Shown here one piece after another: positions 1 to 9,712 of a DNA stretch of 16,580 nucleotides. Source of the stretch: Paramoeba atlantica (taxonomy: Eukaryota > Protista > Discosea). The notes beneath the pieces were generated by a model. That model had not been told where the DNA came from and did no database searches. It saw only the letters and a list, made by a program, of their open reading frames with translations. The stretch's first letter is position 1, and each line of letters begins with the position of its first letter. A program made the translations under genes and the position numbers. Location: contig CDRNVI010000130.1 in the NCBI GenBank assembly GCA_977017575.1, forward strand, positions 1-16,580, in the 5' to 3' direction.

Positions 1-406
1 GTATCACTTCTTCGAACTATGGTGCGCCCCTCAAAATGACCCAATTTTGACTAAAAAAGGTGAAAAAGTATTTTTCGGACCTAAAGGGGCATTTTTGTGT
101 CGAAAGAATGGTATGGTTGGAGTCGTATTCTCTACCCAATACGTTCGGTAGGTTTTCATTCATGCCTGCGAGTGATTTCCCATGCGCAAATGTCGGATTT
201 AGTGCTCTGAGAGCAAAAATATGCGAAAATGACCCCATTTGTACCCGAAATTCGGCTATTTTTGGCTATAATCTTTCCGTTTTCCAGGCTAAATTTTCTT
301 TTTTAGGCTCTTCGTTAAACGCGGCGGGAGTTTTCAACGCGAAGCGCGCAGCATGAGTGACTTCTAAGTTGAAAACAACCACCGCGTTTAACGAAGAGCC
401 TAAAAA
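1..406 (+). repeat. Dispersed repeat copy 1 (left end cut by window), ending in a long palindrome
   Basis: Aligns without gaps to 9302-9707 (offset 9301), with 10 substitutions in 406 bp by hand count. Similarity stops right after the palindrome. Confidence 0.95.
300..406. other. Long palindrome/hairpin, copy 1
   Basis: Perfect 25-bp arms TTTTTAGGCTCTTCGTTAAACGCGG (300-324) and CCGCGTTTAACGAAGAGCCTAAAAA (382-406). Inner stem TTTTCAAC/GTTGAAAA (331-338/368-375) and a 29-nt apex containing GCGAAGC. Confidence 0.95.
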
Positions 407-1448
407 TTTTTTTTTCGATATTTGCTATTGTTTTAGAAAGTTGCAAATAGCTTTTGGGGGCGCTTTGTCTAGGGGGCAATACCCCCTTGTGCATAGTTCG
501 GCCTTGTTACGTTCATGAGCCCTGTTCGGGAGCTCTCGAATGCGCTATTATTTTCTAAAATTGGCTAAGTTTTACAAATTTTAGACCCCCCCCACATCCA
601 AATTTACACCCCTGTAGTAGTAGTAGTTTCTTTTGTCAAACCGCTATAAGGTATGGGGTTTGATAGAGCACCGACTCGTGGGGCAGGAGGCCACATTGTA
701 ACCCAAGCATCAAGGAGGCATGGGCGAGACGACCGGGATGGTGGTGGGAAATGACTGTTCGCAGTGAGGGAAGAAGGGAGTGGTGGTGGTGGGGAATGGT
801 TGTTCGAGGGAGGATTCCAAACTTTTACAGGCGCACTGGAAAGAACCAAAACCATTCTGCGAAAGTCTGAAGGCCAATTTTTTGGGAGTTGAATACGAAT
901 GGAAGGACATTCTTTTTTGGCGAGTTCGTAGTGAAACCGTCTCATCGTGACACCAAAGTCTACTTATGATGACTTTACTGTTTGTACGGCAGTACGCTGG
1001 ATTGCACGGCTCCTTTAGGTACTCAGAATCGCACGCAAACCGCTATATGAAGTTGATTATGCTATGGAACTCCTCTTCGAATGTACAAGTCAGGGGCATG
1101 CCAATGAATCCCATAATTGGGATTCAAGATTGTCTAGCGTACTTCTCTTGCAATGGAACACTGGAAAATCGGATATTTTCCGACTGGCCATAGACCGAAC
1201 CTGGAACCAAGCCAGCGAACCGCGCACAACAGGAGTAACTCTTTATACTGCCACAGACGCGTCAAAACTCTGTGGAAGAAGTGGACAAAGTTTCAAAGAA
1301 AAAAAACGTAGCTAGGTATAGCGTATTGTGATATGAAAAACATGAAGTAGAAAGTATATACAAACAACACTACTTACTGACGTCGGGTTCTGATACACTG
1401 TATGAGGTTCGTAGGGAAAAATTGCCCCCCCCCCCAAAAAAAAAATCC

Positions 1449-1467
1449 GGCGCCGCTTCGCGGCGCC
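1449..1467. other. GC-rich 8-bp hairpin with TTC/GAA triloop after C11-A10 tracts
   Basis: GGCGCCGC-TTC-GCGGCGCC read directly. Confidence 0.8.
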
Positions 1468-1827
1468 TCCTGCCCAGTCTCGTCAAAAAGGACAATTAAG
1501 TGGGGGGTGGGACTACGGCAAATAAGTGGGGGGGCACAGTATTTATTACATTACTTACGCACAGTACGCCGAGGGGGGGTATAGTAACATCGGAATTTTC
1601 ATCAGAAGACCTATAGAATTGTAGACGAGGCAGAAATTATCGGTAAATCGTCTTATTTATGTGAAAAATTGCGTAAAAACAAAAAAAGAACACATGTGAT
1701 AGAAATATACAGTTTTTAGAAAACCATTTAGGGTACATTTCGACTGCAGTTGACCCCAAAAAAGGGGTGGGGGAAGGAGCAGATAGGAACACAGAAAAAT
1801 AAAATCTGAAAATAGAAAGTAAGATTA

Positions 1828-2194
1828 CAGTGCGTGGTGTTATTACGGGACGGTTTAATTACGGGATCGGTATTTAAGGGACAATATGGGGGTGGGGTCA
1901 CGCTTTTGGAATGGGACAAAACAACTACAAGTGTAGCGCCCAAGTCACAGAGCGCGTAAGTTATCAGGCACACATAAAAATATATTTGTAAGATGAGGGA
2001 ACGAAAAGGAGACAATTTGTCTCCTTTTGTCCTCTATTTGTCACAAATAGAGGAAGGTAATTGAAAGAAAAAGGTATAGGTAGTAGAGCCTTGGAAAAAA
2101 ATGGAGAATTGAGGGACGGTTAATTACGGGACACTTTGGTCTTGATGGGGGGGTGTTCCTTAATTAATCCGTCCCGTAATAAAGCCCCGCACTG
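1828..2194. mobile_element. Tc1/mariner-like MITE, 367 bp
   Basis: 34-bp TIRs at 1828-1861 and 2161-2194 (30/34 match) starting CAGTG. TA on the left flank (1826-1827) and CA on the right (probably a mutated TA). No coding capacity. Confidence 0.8.
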
Positions 2195-4043
2195 CAAAGT
2201 TAAGCTTTGTTCTTTCTCCTCTTAATCCATTTCTGCCTACATGGGTAAGCAGGCCAAGCAGGCTCTGAATAAGAAAACCTTAGGTAGGTATCAGATCGTG
2301 AACCGGTCATCAGTCTAGGAATAAAACTCGAAGCTTTGTCTTCGCGGAAAGAAGAAAAGACTTCGTATCACAGTCATCACAACCCTCCCAATCACCCTCA
2401 CCCCGCTCACCCACCCTTACCCGTCCAACAACCCCCGCCCGCTCAGCCCCGCCAACCAGCCAGCCTCCCGAGCCAATCTCTCTTACCGGGGGTCTCTTAC
2501 TGGCGGGTCTCCGGTATCTTTGAAAAGCATTCTCATTGATTTTTATAATTATAAATCTAAATCTAAATTTTCTTTTTTTTTATAATTTATATTTATAAAA
2601 ATGAATGAGATGAGTAGTACCTTTTTGGATGGGTAGAGGCTTTAGGGTCTGACCCTAGGAGGTGGAGAGATTTAAAATTACGAATAAACACTGTTTTACG
2701 GCAAAATATCATTCAAAAAGTGGTACCGTTACCCCCCCTTACTTAGCCCCCACTTTTTGGTCCAAAACCCGTACTTTGTGGTGAAGTAAGGGGGGTGAAT
2801 AAGTGATTCAAAGTTCGATCAATTTATAGAGCATAATTTCCTTTTCTTGAGTGTTGTAATACCTCGTGTTGCATTCTATATTTTATGTTTCTTTTGACTT
2901 GTGTACGATGTCCCATGCGTTTTTAACTTTCCCCCCATGAAAATTTCTTACATCGTAAAATTTAAATGATGTCGCAGAACATAACCTATTGAACACCAAT
3001 TTATATTTTAGAACTACAAGACGCTGTGGCGCAACTTTATGATCAAAGCGATGATAAAACTCACATGGAAGAAAACCGTTCTGAATTAGAAATGGTTTAA
3101 CGAATCTAAGTCATTCCGGATTGCTCCGATCGGTCATTGGCAAGCCAGACCCTTCACAGATAGATTTGGAAGTTTCGGGGCCGAAGTCCTCTACCTGTTT
3201 TCGTTAGTACAAGGCGGGAACAACGTGCTGCTACCAACCCGTTGCGTCGACGAACCCAAGACATTCTTCAAAAGTCATCATTCCTGCAGCTAAGTAGCAT
3301 TCCTGTAGCCGTTAACATTCCCCCTCGGAACGTTAAACCGGACTGTGGTTTAAAATCCAGGTATGATGGCGTCGTCTTCACCAAGAAAGTTGCACCAAGA
3401 ACCCTTGTGCATCGATCTTTGTCCGCCATCTGTGCCCCCCCCTTTGAAGAGCACTGGGCGTGGCTCTACCTCGCCTTACCCCGATGCAACAGTCGGTTGC
3501 AGTGCACCCCTCCGGCTGTGTAAAGAGGTGATAAGTTGTCTGGGGAAAAATCTGACACCCTCCTTACTTCACCACACCTCCAAAGATTGCACAACCGTGG
3601 ACATCGAGAATAACGTCGCGAATTCTGGTTTACGACCGCCACTGAGGTTAACCCTTCTACTGTAGGAGGGTTCTTACCTGTAGACTGCAGGTAAGTCTAT
3701 TCAAACTCATTGGAAGGCCGTATATCATCGTAACAAGCAGGTGTGCCATGATTTCGTTCGATCTGCAATTGCTGGTCGAAACTCCCTGGTTCCGACGGAT
3801 GAATGGAGACTATTCATTAACACACCGCTTGTAAACCGCGTTCAGAAACTCATGATTATTCTTTGACGCCACTCTTCAAAAAACAGCAAGCTGGAAAACG
3901 AATTTGAGACTGACGTTCAAATTCAGGTTCAAGAAGAAAGAAATGACCTTCACCCACGTTTAGGGAGAGCCATCACAGAGCATATTACTCTTAGGCGCCG
4001 TTATGGTGTCACAAATAACGAGGAGTACAAGTATAAGGTAAAA

Positions 4044-4086
4044 GGTCCCGGACCCCACGGACCTACTTCGGACCCACGGACCCACG
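4044..4086. repeat. GGWCC repeat cluster (5 units)
   Basis: GGTCC at 4044 and GGACC at 4050, 4059, 4070 and 4078. Confidence 0.75.
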
Positions 4087-4312
4087 TAGGAAATATCCTT
4101 AGGGCCATAATAAAAAACTTTGTAAAAATACCGCCAGATTTAAAATAAGAGCAATACAAGTATACCTGGGTCATGTAATCAATGTAATAAGCGGGTGGTG
4201 GTAATAAGCTTAGGTTATTCATCGTTTCTAAGTTTTTCCTTAGACTAGCATCGTAGGTAGCGGTTGACCGCGCGGACGCAGTTACAGGCAAACTTTTTTC
4301 AGAAACGCAAAA

Positions 4313-4360
4313 GGGAGTTGTAATGGTGGACCTAAGTGGGAGTTGTAATGGTGGATCTAA
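4313..4360 (+). repeat. Two-unit tandem duplication, 25-nt period
   Basis: GGGAGTTGTAATGGTGGA(C/T)CTAA at 4313-4335 and 4338-4360. Confidence 0.85.
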
Positions 4361-4519
4361 AATTGTTCTACGAGCATGCAAGGCCTTTCGGGTCAATGAG
4401 TCTTCTGTTCTACTGACCATAGATTCCCCTCCATGCTTGCGGAGGCTCCCGTTGCACTTCTCGGCGATTGCTTGCACTCTGTCTGCCTGATTTCCTTTCC
4501 AAAACGCTCCCTTCACGCT

Positions 4520-5287
4520 TCAATCGCTTCTTTGCCATTGCGTGAGCAGTAGAATAGCAAGAAATTCTATAGCAATAGGCAGGGGTGTGGAAATGGAGCT
4601 GTGGAGGTACAGCAGGATGAGGCCATGGAGGATTTCCTTCGAGAGTGGGGAATCCTGCTGTAGAGAATTGCGCTGCCACGGAGAAACATTTTTTGAAAAG
4701 GCTCGGGAACTCCGACCAGCGTTCTCGTTTGAGGGCGTGGTCGCCCGGCATGACTTCTCAAAGGTTCGTACGATGCTTTCCGCGTGCGCTTCGGGGCATT
4801 CCCGTTCAGGATGTGGGCCTGCAGGCCTATGAGGTGTTGATGTGTGGCTCTCGGCACACACGTGTGCCCGGGGGGCAGAGCGTTTCTCAATAGCTTTTTG
4901 AACCTCGAAGAGGCCCCAGAGTGAGTCCAAAGTGAGTGCCCTTCTCGTGAGTGCCTCGCGTTCCATGAGGGAGGTAACGGCGTATACTTGACGCATGGCT
5001 GCCGCCAGCCTCCAAGCAAACAGGCATCGGCTCGGACCTTCTGTCCCCCGGCGCAGATTCATGGGGTCAGGGAGGAGCCTTTGGCGCACCTCTTCGAGGG
5101 TCCTAAATTGTTGAGACCTGGTGGGGAGTTTGTCAAGGTCCTCATCGATTTCGGTTGTGTCGCGGTCGGTAGGAGTGATCCGCCTGGGTTTCTTCCCCCC
5201 CCCGGCGTCTTGCCTATAACATTCGCGGAGGAGCGGCGGGAGGTTCCGTGTTGGGGGGGGGGGCGAAGGTAACGTGAGCAGACTTCC
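4520..5287 (-). CDS. Hypothetical open frame (~255 codons stop-to-stop), possibly the frameshifted continuation of 5214-5933
   Basis: The listed ORF 4520..5089 stays open upstream to a TGA at 5288-5290 and overlaps the next ORF across a C11 run. No recognised domain. GC-rich DNA inflates ORF length. Confidence 0.25.
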   Translation of the reverse strand, partial: GSLLTLPSPPPPTRNLPPLLRECYRQDAGGGKKPRRITPTDRDTTEIDEDLDKLPTRSQQFRTLEEVRQRLLPDPMNLRRGTEGPSRCLFAWRLAAAMRQVYAVTSLMEREALTRRALTLDSLWGLFEVQKAIEKRSAPRAHVCAESHTSTPHRPAGPHPERECPEAHAESIVRTFEKSCRATTPSNENAGRSSRAFSKNVSPWQRNSLQQDSPLSKEILHGLILLYLHSSISTPLPIAIEFLAILLLTQWQRSD

Positions 5288-5933
5288 TCAGGATGGGTGA
5301 AGGATTCCCCTCCTGCTGGTCGTGCCTGCTAGCGGACCGGTGCCTAGCCCGAGAGGAGCTTCGTTCGCGCCCCCGAGAGGCTGACCTGCCCTCGTTCCGA
5401 ATGGGGCGTCGTTCGCGCCCCCGAGGTGACGTTCCGGTGGAAGTAGTTTCTCCGTCAGGGTTACGGCCATTGGAGTCGTCTCTCTGCTGTGATCGGAGGT
5501 TCAGGCAGTTGTGGCAGTAGCGCATGTCACGCCTCTCCGCAGAAAAAAGAGCACCGCAAAAATCGCATTCCCGTGAGAACAACTGTTTAGGGCGGACATC
5601 TAGGTCCGGGCGGCTCTCTTCAGCTCTTCGACGGAGATGGTGTAGCTCCGCGACGCCGTCATTGGCGTGGGAGCTATTTGCTCGACGTAGAGGGGAGGTA
5701 GATTGTCCTCTAGGGGCCGAGGTAGATGGGGTTGTCCCATGACTGGAATCCTTGTGAAGCCGGCTGCCGCGTTTGAAGCGGGTCGATGGCGAGAGCCGGG
5801 GAGAGAGATAGAGAGTAGGAAAGGAAAAGAGGAAGAAACGTTTGCCCTTGTGTAAGATTGTAGGTGCACTGCATGTATCCAAAGTTGTTATTATCAAAAG
5901 ATTTTTGATGTTAAGTACGTAATATTGTACCAA
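5214..5933 (-). CDS. Hypothetical protein with C-x2-C-x13-C-x2-C zinc ribbon and Arg/Ser-rich tract; true start uncertain
   Basis: CDFCGALFSAERRDMRYCHNC at 5505-5567, followed by SPRGRER/SRGRERSSSR. The listed N-terminus runs through a polypyrimidine tract and is probably not coding. Confidence 0.4.
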   Translation of the reverse strand: MVQYYVLNIKNLLIITTLDTCSAPTILHKGKRFFLFSFPTLYLSPRLSPSTRFKRGSRLHKDSSHGTTPSTSAPRGQSTSPLRRANSSHANDGVAELHHLRRRAEESRPDLDVRPKQLFSRECDFCGALFSAERRDMRYCHNCLNLRSQQRDDSNGRNPDGETTSTGTSPRGRERRPIRNEGRSASRGRERSSSRARHRSASRHDQQEGNPSPILRKSAHVTFAPPPNTEPPAAPPRML

Positions 5934-6097
5934 TGCTACACGTTTGTAAGATGAAACTGCAGGCGCGTTGCCCCCCTCGTAGCCCGGAAGGTATGCAACA
6001 ACCAGAGCGAACTGTCTGTGAAGTAAATATGACCTTCACTGTGTTAGTTTTCTAATACCAGCGATTTAAATTGAAACTTGAGGCTGACCATCCAAAT

Positions 6098-6180
6098 GGG
6101 TCCGGGGGGTCCCGGACCTGGGTCCGGACCAGCACGGACCAGGGTCCATGGACCCACATGGGTCCGGACCCGTCGGACCC
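6098..6180. repeat. Dense GGWCC palindrome cluster (11 units in ~82 bp)
   Basis: Includes GGTCC-C-GGACC (6108-6118), GGTCCGGACC (6121-6130), GGGTCCATGGACCC (6142-6155) and GGGTCCGGACCC (6160-6171). Confidence 0.85.
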
Positions 6181-6188
6181 GCAAAGGT

Positions 6189-6443
6189 ATGTATATCGTA
6201 CATATCGGAAGGTCGGGCGGTCGATGCTTATGCCCTAATGGACGGGGAGGTGCACGATGTAAGCACGAGTACTTTGTTTTAATGCGTGAAATGCGGGTGG
6301 AGCCAATAAATTCGGTTCTTGAGCAGCCTTATTTCTCTGCAAGAGATGTTTTGATACTTTCCCAGGTTGGATATTTACAAAAAGGGAATATTTTTAGGAA
6401 AAGGTCCATTTTTGACAATCAGAAGCATGTATACTTACCATGA
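6189..6443 (+). CDS. SWIM zinc-finger domain fragment (exon or pseudogene)
   Basis: MYIVHIGRSGGRCLCPNGRGGARCKHEYFVL fits SWIM C-x-C-xn-C-x-H (core 6225-6266), with the preceding beta-strand and following FVL helix. The upstream part of the listed ORF is translated repeat. Confidence 0.6.
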   Translation: MYIVHIGRSGGRCLCPNGRGGARCKHEYFVLMREMRVEPINSVLEQPYFSARDVLILSQVGYLQKGNIFRKRSIFDNQKHVYLP

Positions 6444-6661
6444 AAATTACTTTACAACGTAGTATTCTATCGAAACCTCATTAAAAGGACTTAAAACATC
6501 TTAAAATGACAAAAAAGGGCTCTAGAAACGAAAATGTTGAAACAAAAAAATAGTTCTTTTTAAAAAAAGGCTACACTTTCACCGGCTTTGAACCCAATTA
6601 TTCGTACAATTACAATTTGTGCATGCAATTATTTGTATGTCTTTCATACGGTCTCACAAGA

Positions 6662-7348
6662 CTACGGTCCCACACGTGTAATGCTCGTGTTTCTAATCTT
6701 GAGATTTAATCCAGCCATGTCTCGAAGCAAACGCTTTTCTACCTCGCCATGCAGATTTACGTTGCTTGACAAATCGAGCAGGTACAATGTACTTGGAAGA
6801 TTACATAAGCACACTTTTCCTGATAACTGATTACAGTCAAGAAAGAGATATTTCAACCCAGGAGGCAATTTATCTAAGCAAATTTCACCTGTAAATCGGT
6901 TACCGGAGACGACCAGCTTGTTGAAAATCGGAGGGAGAGCTGTCAAGTCCAATGGTCCACTAAGATCATTGTCCCGAAGATTCATAGACTCCAACTTGAA
7001 GGGCAAAGTGTTCAGTGGAACTTCGCCCGAAAGTTTAGTAAGAAAAACATCAAACTTGCGTAATGTCTTTGGGAGATAAACAAAACTCAACGACCCAGTG
7101 AGTTGTTGGTATGACTTCCCGGAATAAACGTTCCACTTTATAGACTTAATCTCACTCGCTACATCACAATCCACGCCGTCCCACTCGCAAGCAGGGGTTG
7201 ACGTATTCCACGAGGGATGTGGATTTTCAATATTCTGTACGAGTTGTGCAAGTTCGTATTCTTGTGGGAGATTCACCTTGCTGACTCTACCTGCTCTTCG
7301 TGTTGCGTGGGATTCTGTAATATCCGCAGTGGAAACGATAAAAAGCAT
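6662..7348 (-). CDS. Leucine-rich repeat protein, paralog 1 (228 aa, 5 LRRs)
   Basis: 23-aa LPxxLxxLxLxxNxxSGxxxL repeats after an ACEWDGVDC cap. ATG at 7348 aligns with the ATG of paralog 2, whereas the track start at 7411 is GTG. About 75% aa identity to 10482-11231 by hand alignment. Confidence 0.9.
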   Translation of the reverse strand: MLFIVSTADITESHATRRAGRVSKVNLPQEYELAQLVQNIENPHPSWNTSTPACEWDGVDCDVASEIKSIKWNVYSGKSYQQLTGSLSFVYLPKTLRKFDVFLTKLSGEVPLNTLPFKLESMNLRDNDLSGPLDLTALPPIFNKLVVSGNRFTGEICLDKLPPGLKYLFLDCNQLSGKVCLCNLPSTLYLLDLSSNVNLHGEVEKRLLRDMAGLNLKIRNTSITRVGP

Positions 7349-7790
7349 AAAATAACCAATGCAGAATAATGTGTAGAAAATTTCGAATAAATTCGTCTTG
7401 CATGAAACCACAATACCGGTGGTATCTCCTAGTTAGATATTACGAGTAAAAATATATTAGTCTAATGATAGAATCCTTATTGTACGAAATTTGATTGGAG
7501 GCAGCAGAGTTCCCATTTCTTACGGAAATGTTTGTGCCTTCAATATCATAAAACGAAATCTTCAATGGTCTCGAAACGTCTAGCGTTCCACTGCGGTCGG
7601 CATTCAATGCCGAGGTAATGGCATTGCCTCGCAATTGTTTTATCGATGCAGGGCGAAAAACTGCAGAGAAAATTTCTCCTTGCGACAAGAGCGCAATAAC
7701 GCAAGTCGCACGGAGGGTTCGGCGCAGAGCCACGCCAACGTGGTCCTCAAGGGCGGTCTTGTGGCGCATGGGGGGCACTAGATTTTCGCT

Positions 7791-8322
7791 GCATCAATGA
7801 GTGGCTGCAAGAGGACGCACCCACACGGCATCGTTGAGAGACTGCAAGAAGTCTTGTGAGGTTGCGGATCTCCTGCTTTAACAGAAAGATATGTTTCCGT
7901 CCCTAGCGCCGGCCGGAAACGGACATACATAAAACAGTACAGAATATGCCCGTTTCCGGGAAAAGGAAGCATGAGATAGGAAAAAAGTACCAACAAGGTA
8001 CATACATGTATTTATATTTCATGCAGAGCAAAACCTGCAGAGTGAGCGCCTGACGTACGACGACGGCTATCAACGGCCATTGCGGTGCCTTCAACGCCGG
8101 CCGAACGCAGGGATTCGGCCTATACAGGATTTCCACTGCGGGAGGCGTCGTTAAGAGGCTGCAAGAAACCTTTCGGCTACATAGCGTCGTTGAGAGGCTC
8201 TCCCCGGCGTTCATCCAGCGGGACCACTCGGCGCGTCTGACGCGCTGCACAGGTGTGCGAAGCGGCGGCCCCTCTTCAACGGAAAGAAGAGTTTCCGGAA
8301 TTCAACCGGAAATGGACATACA
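7791..8322. repeat. Degenerate duplicated module with four ~21-bp motifs and a shared hairpin tail
   Basis: GC(A/G)TCGTTGAGAGGCTGCAAG-like motif at 7791, 7828, 8145 and 8184. Shared tail AAC.GAAAGA..GTTTCCG..CCGGAAA.GGACATACA at 7880-7929 and 8278-8322. Confidence 0.6.
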
Positions 8323-8966
8323 CCTGTCGCCATCCATGATAACACTTGCCCCTTGATGGCGTTTTAGAAAGTTGAAAAATCTTTTGTTTCTTCTCAGTGC
8401 TGTCATAAAATTTGGCGAGTTAACAGTTTGTTTGTTTCCATTTTCATCCTTGTCAGGGAACTCAAAAAAGAATACACCGCCGACTAATATTGTTGAGTTT
8501 TCAATTCTTGACGAAACGATGCAACTTTTAGTTAAAAAATTTATAATTGTTTGCAAAAATGCGTACATATCGACAAAGAGAAGAACTTAGAAGAGGGTCG
8601 GAAAAACCCTCAGGAAATTGTGTCGAAAGGGACTTTTTCTCCCAAAAAGATTCAAGAGTTTTTAAAAGAAAGAAAGTAGGTTTTCACCAAAAGATTTGAA
8701 ATCGTGTTGAACAAGAAGAGAAATAAGTTACGTCTCTCTAATCTTGTCAAATATGTTGAGAAGGTCAGGTTATTAAGTGGTCGTTGCGGTGATTGTATAA
8801 CTACTAATTGCGGTGGTTGTAAAACTACCGCTCTACACTCGATTATTGAAAAAAAAGTGAACAAAAACAGTGAAAATATAAAGGGGAACACAGTAATATA
8901 ATAGAAGAAAAAAATATAAAAGGGGGCTCCGGTGGTCCAAAACTGAAAAAAAAAATTGAAAAAAAT

Positions 8967-9014
8967 GGGGGGTCCATGGGGGGGGTCCAGGGGGGGGGTC
9001 CAGGGGGGGGGGGG
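8967..9014 (+). other. G-tract array, potential G-quadruplex
   Basis: G6-TCCAT-G8-TCCA-G9-TCCA-G12. Confidence 0.7.
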
Positions 9015-9301
9015 CATGGTCGAGCAAATTTTTTCGAAAAAATTAGTTTTCGAAAAAAAACCGCAGAAAGGGTAGCCGGGGTCTTGGCGCGCATTTTCCA
9101 CCCCCCTACCCGGGGGTGACCCCCCCGCGTATCCGCAGGACGGGTCCGCCAAGTTCGGATTTTTTCGGAAAAAAAATTTTGAAAAAAATTTCAACTTGGC
9201 GAAAAAAATGACAAAAAAAATATTTTTCCAAAATCGTTTCCCCTATTTTATTTTGGTAGTTTGGGACCTACACTAGCTTTCTCCGCAGTTGTTTTCGCAA
9301 G

Positions 9302-9712
9302 GTATCACTTCTTCGAACTGTGGTGCGCCCCCCAAAATGACCCATTTTTGACTAAAAAAGGTGAAAAAGTATTTTTCGGACCTAAAGGGGCATTTTTGTG
9401 TCGAAAGAATGGTATGGTTGGAGTCGCATTCTCTACCCAATACGTTCGGTAGGCTTTCATTCATGCCTGCGAGTGATTTCCCACGCGCAAATGTCGGATT
9501 TAGTGCTCTGAGAGCAAACATATGCGAAAATGACCCCATTTTTACCCGAAATTCGGCTATTTTTGGCTATAATCTTTCCGTTTTCCAGGCTAAATTTTCT
9601 TTTTTAGGCTCTTCGTTAAACGCGGCGGTAGTTTTCAACGCGAAGCGCGCAGCATGAGTGACTTCTAAGTTGAAAGCAACCACCGCGTTTAACGAAGAGC
9701 CTAAAAAAGAAA
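9302..9712 (+). repeat. Dispersed repeat copy 2 with terminal palindrome (9596-9712); true left end unknown
   Basis: Near-identical to 1-406. Perfect 30-bp arms at 9596-9625 and 9683-9712. Confidence 0.95.

Noticed and set aside
60-356. 98-aa ORF intact in both repeat copies (also 9361-9657) and the antisense ORFs 17-238 and 9273-9539
   Set aside because: GTG start, and all six substitutions between the copies change the amino acid, so there is no sign of coding constraint. It runs into the palindrome.
2240-2539. Possible small spliced gene (MGKQAKQALNKKTL, 35-nt GT-AG intron, Pro/Ser-rich exon)
   Set aside because: Low-complexity product with no recognisable domain. Splice sites cannot be supported without transcripts.
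3230-3310. Minus-strand peptide TFEECLGFVDATGW, resembling the PIF/Harbinger transposase CxGxIDGT motif
   Set aside because: Short frame bounded by stops, with no other Harbinger motifs recognised nearby.
8040-8170. Ankyrin-like reading QPLNDASRSGNPV*AESLRSAGVE on the minus strand
   Set aside because: Contains a stop, and the motif period is 37-39 nt rather than the 99 nt of ankyrin repeats.
8652-9194. Pro/Phe-rich ORFs up to 180 aa
   Set aside because: Translations of G/C and A/T homopolymer tracts.
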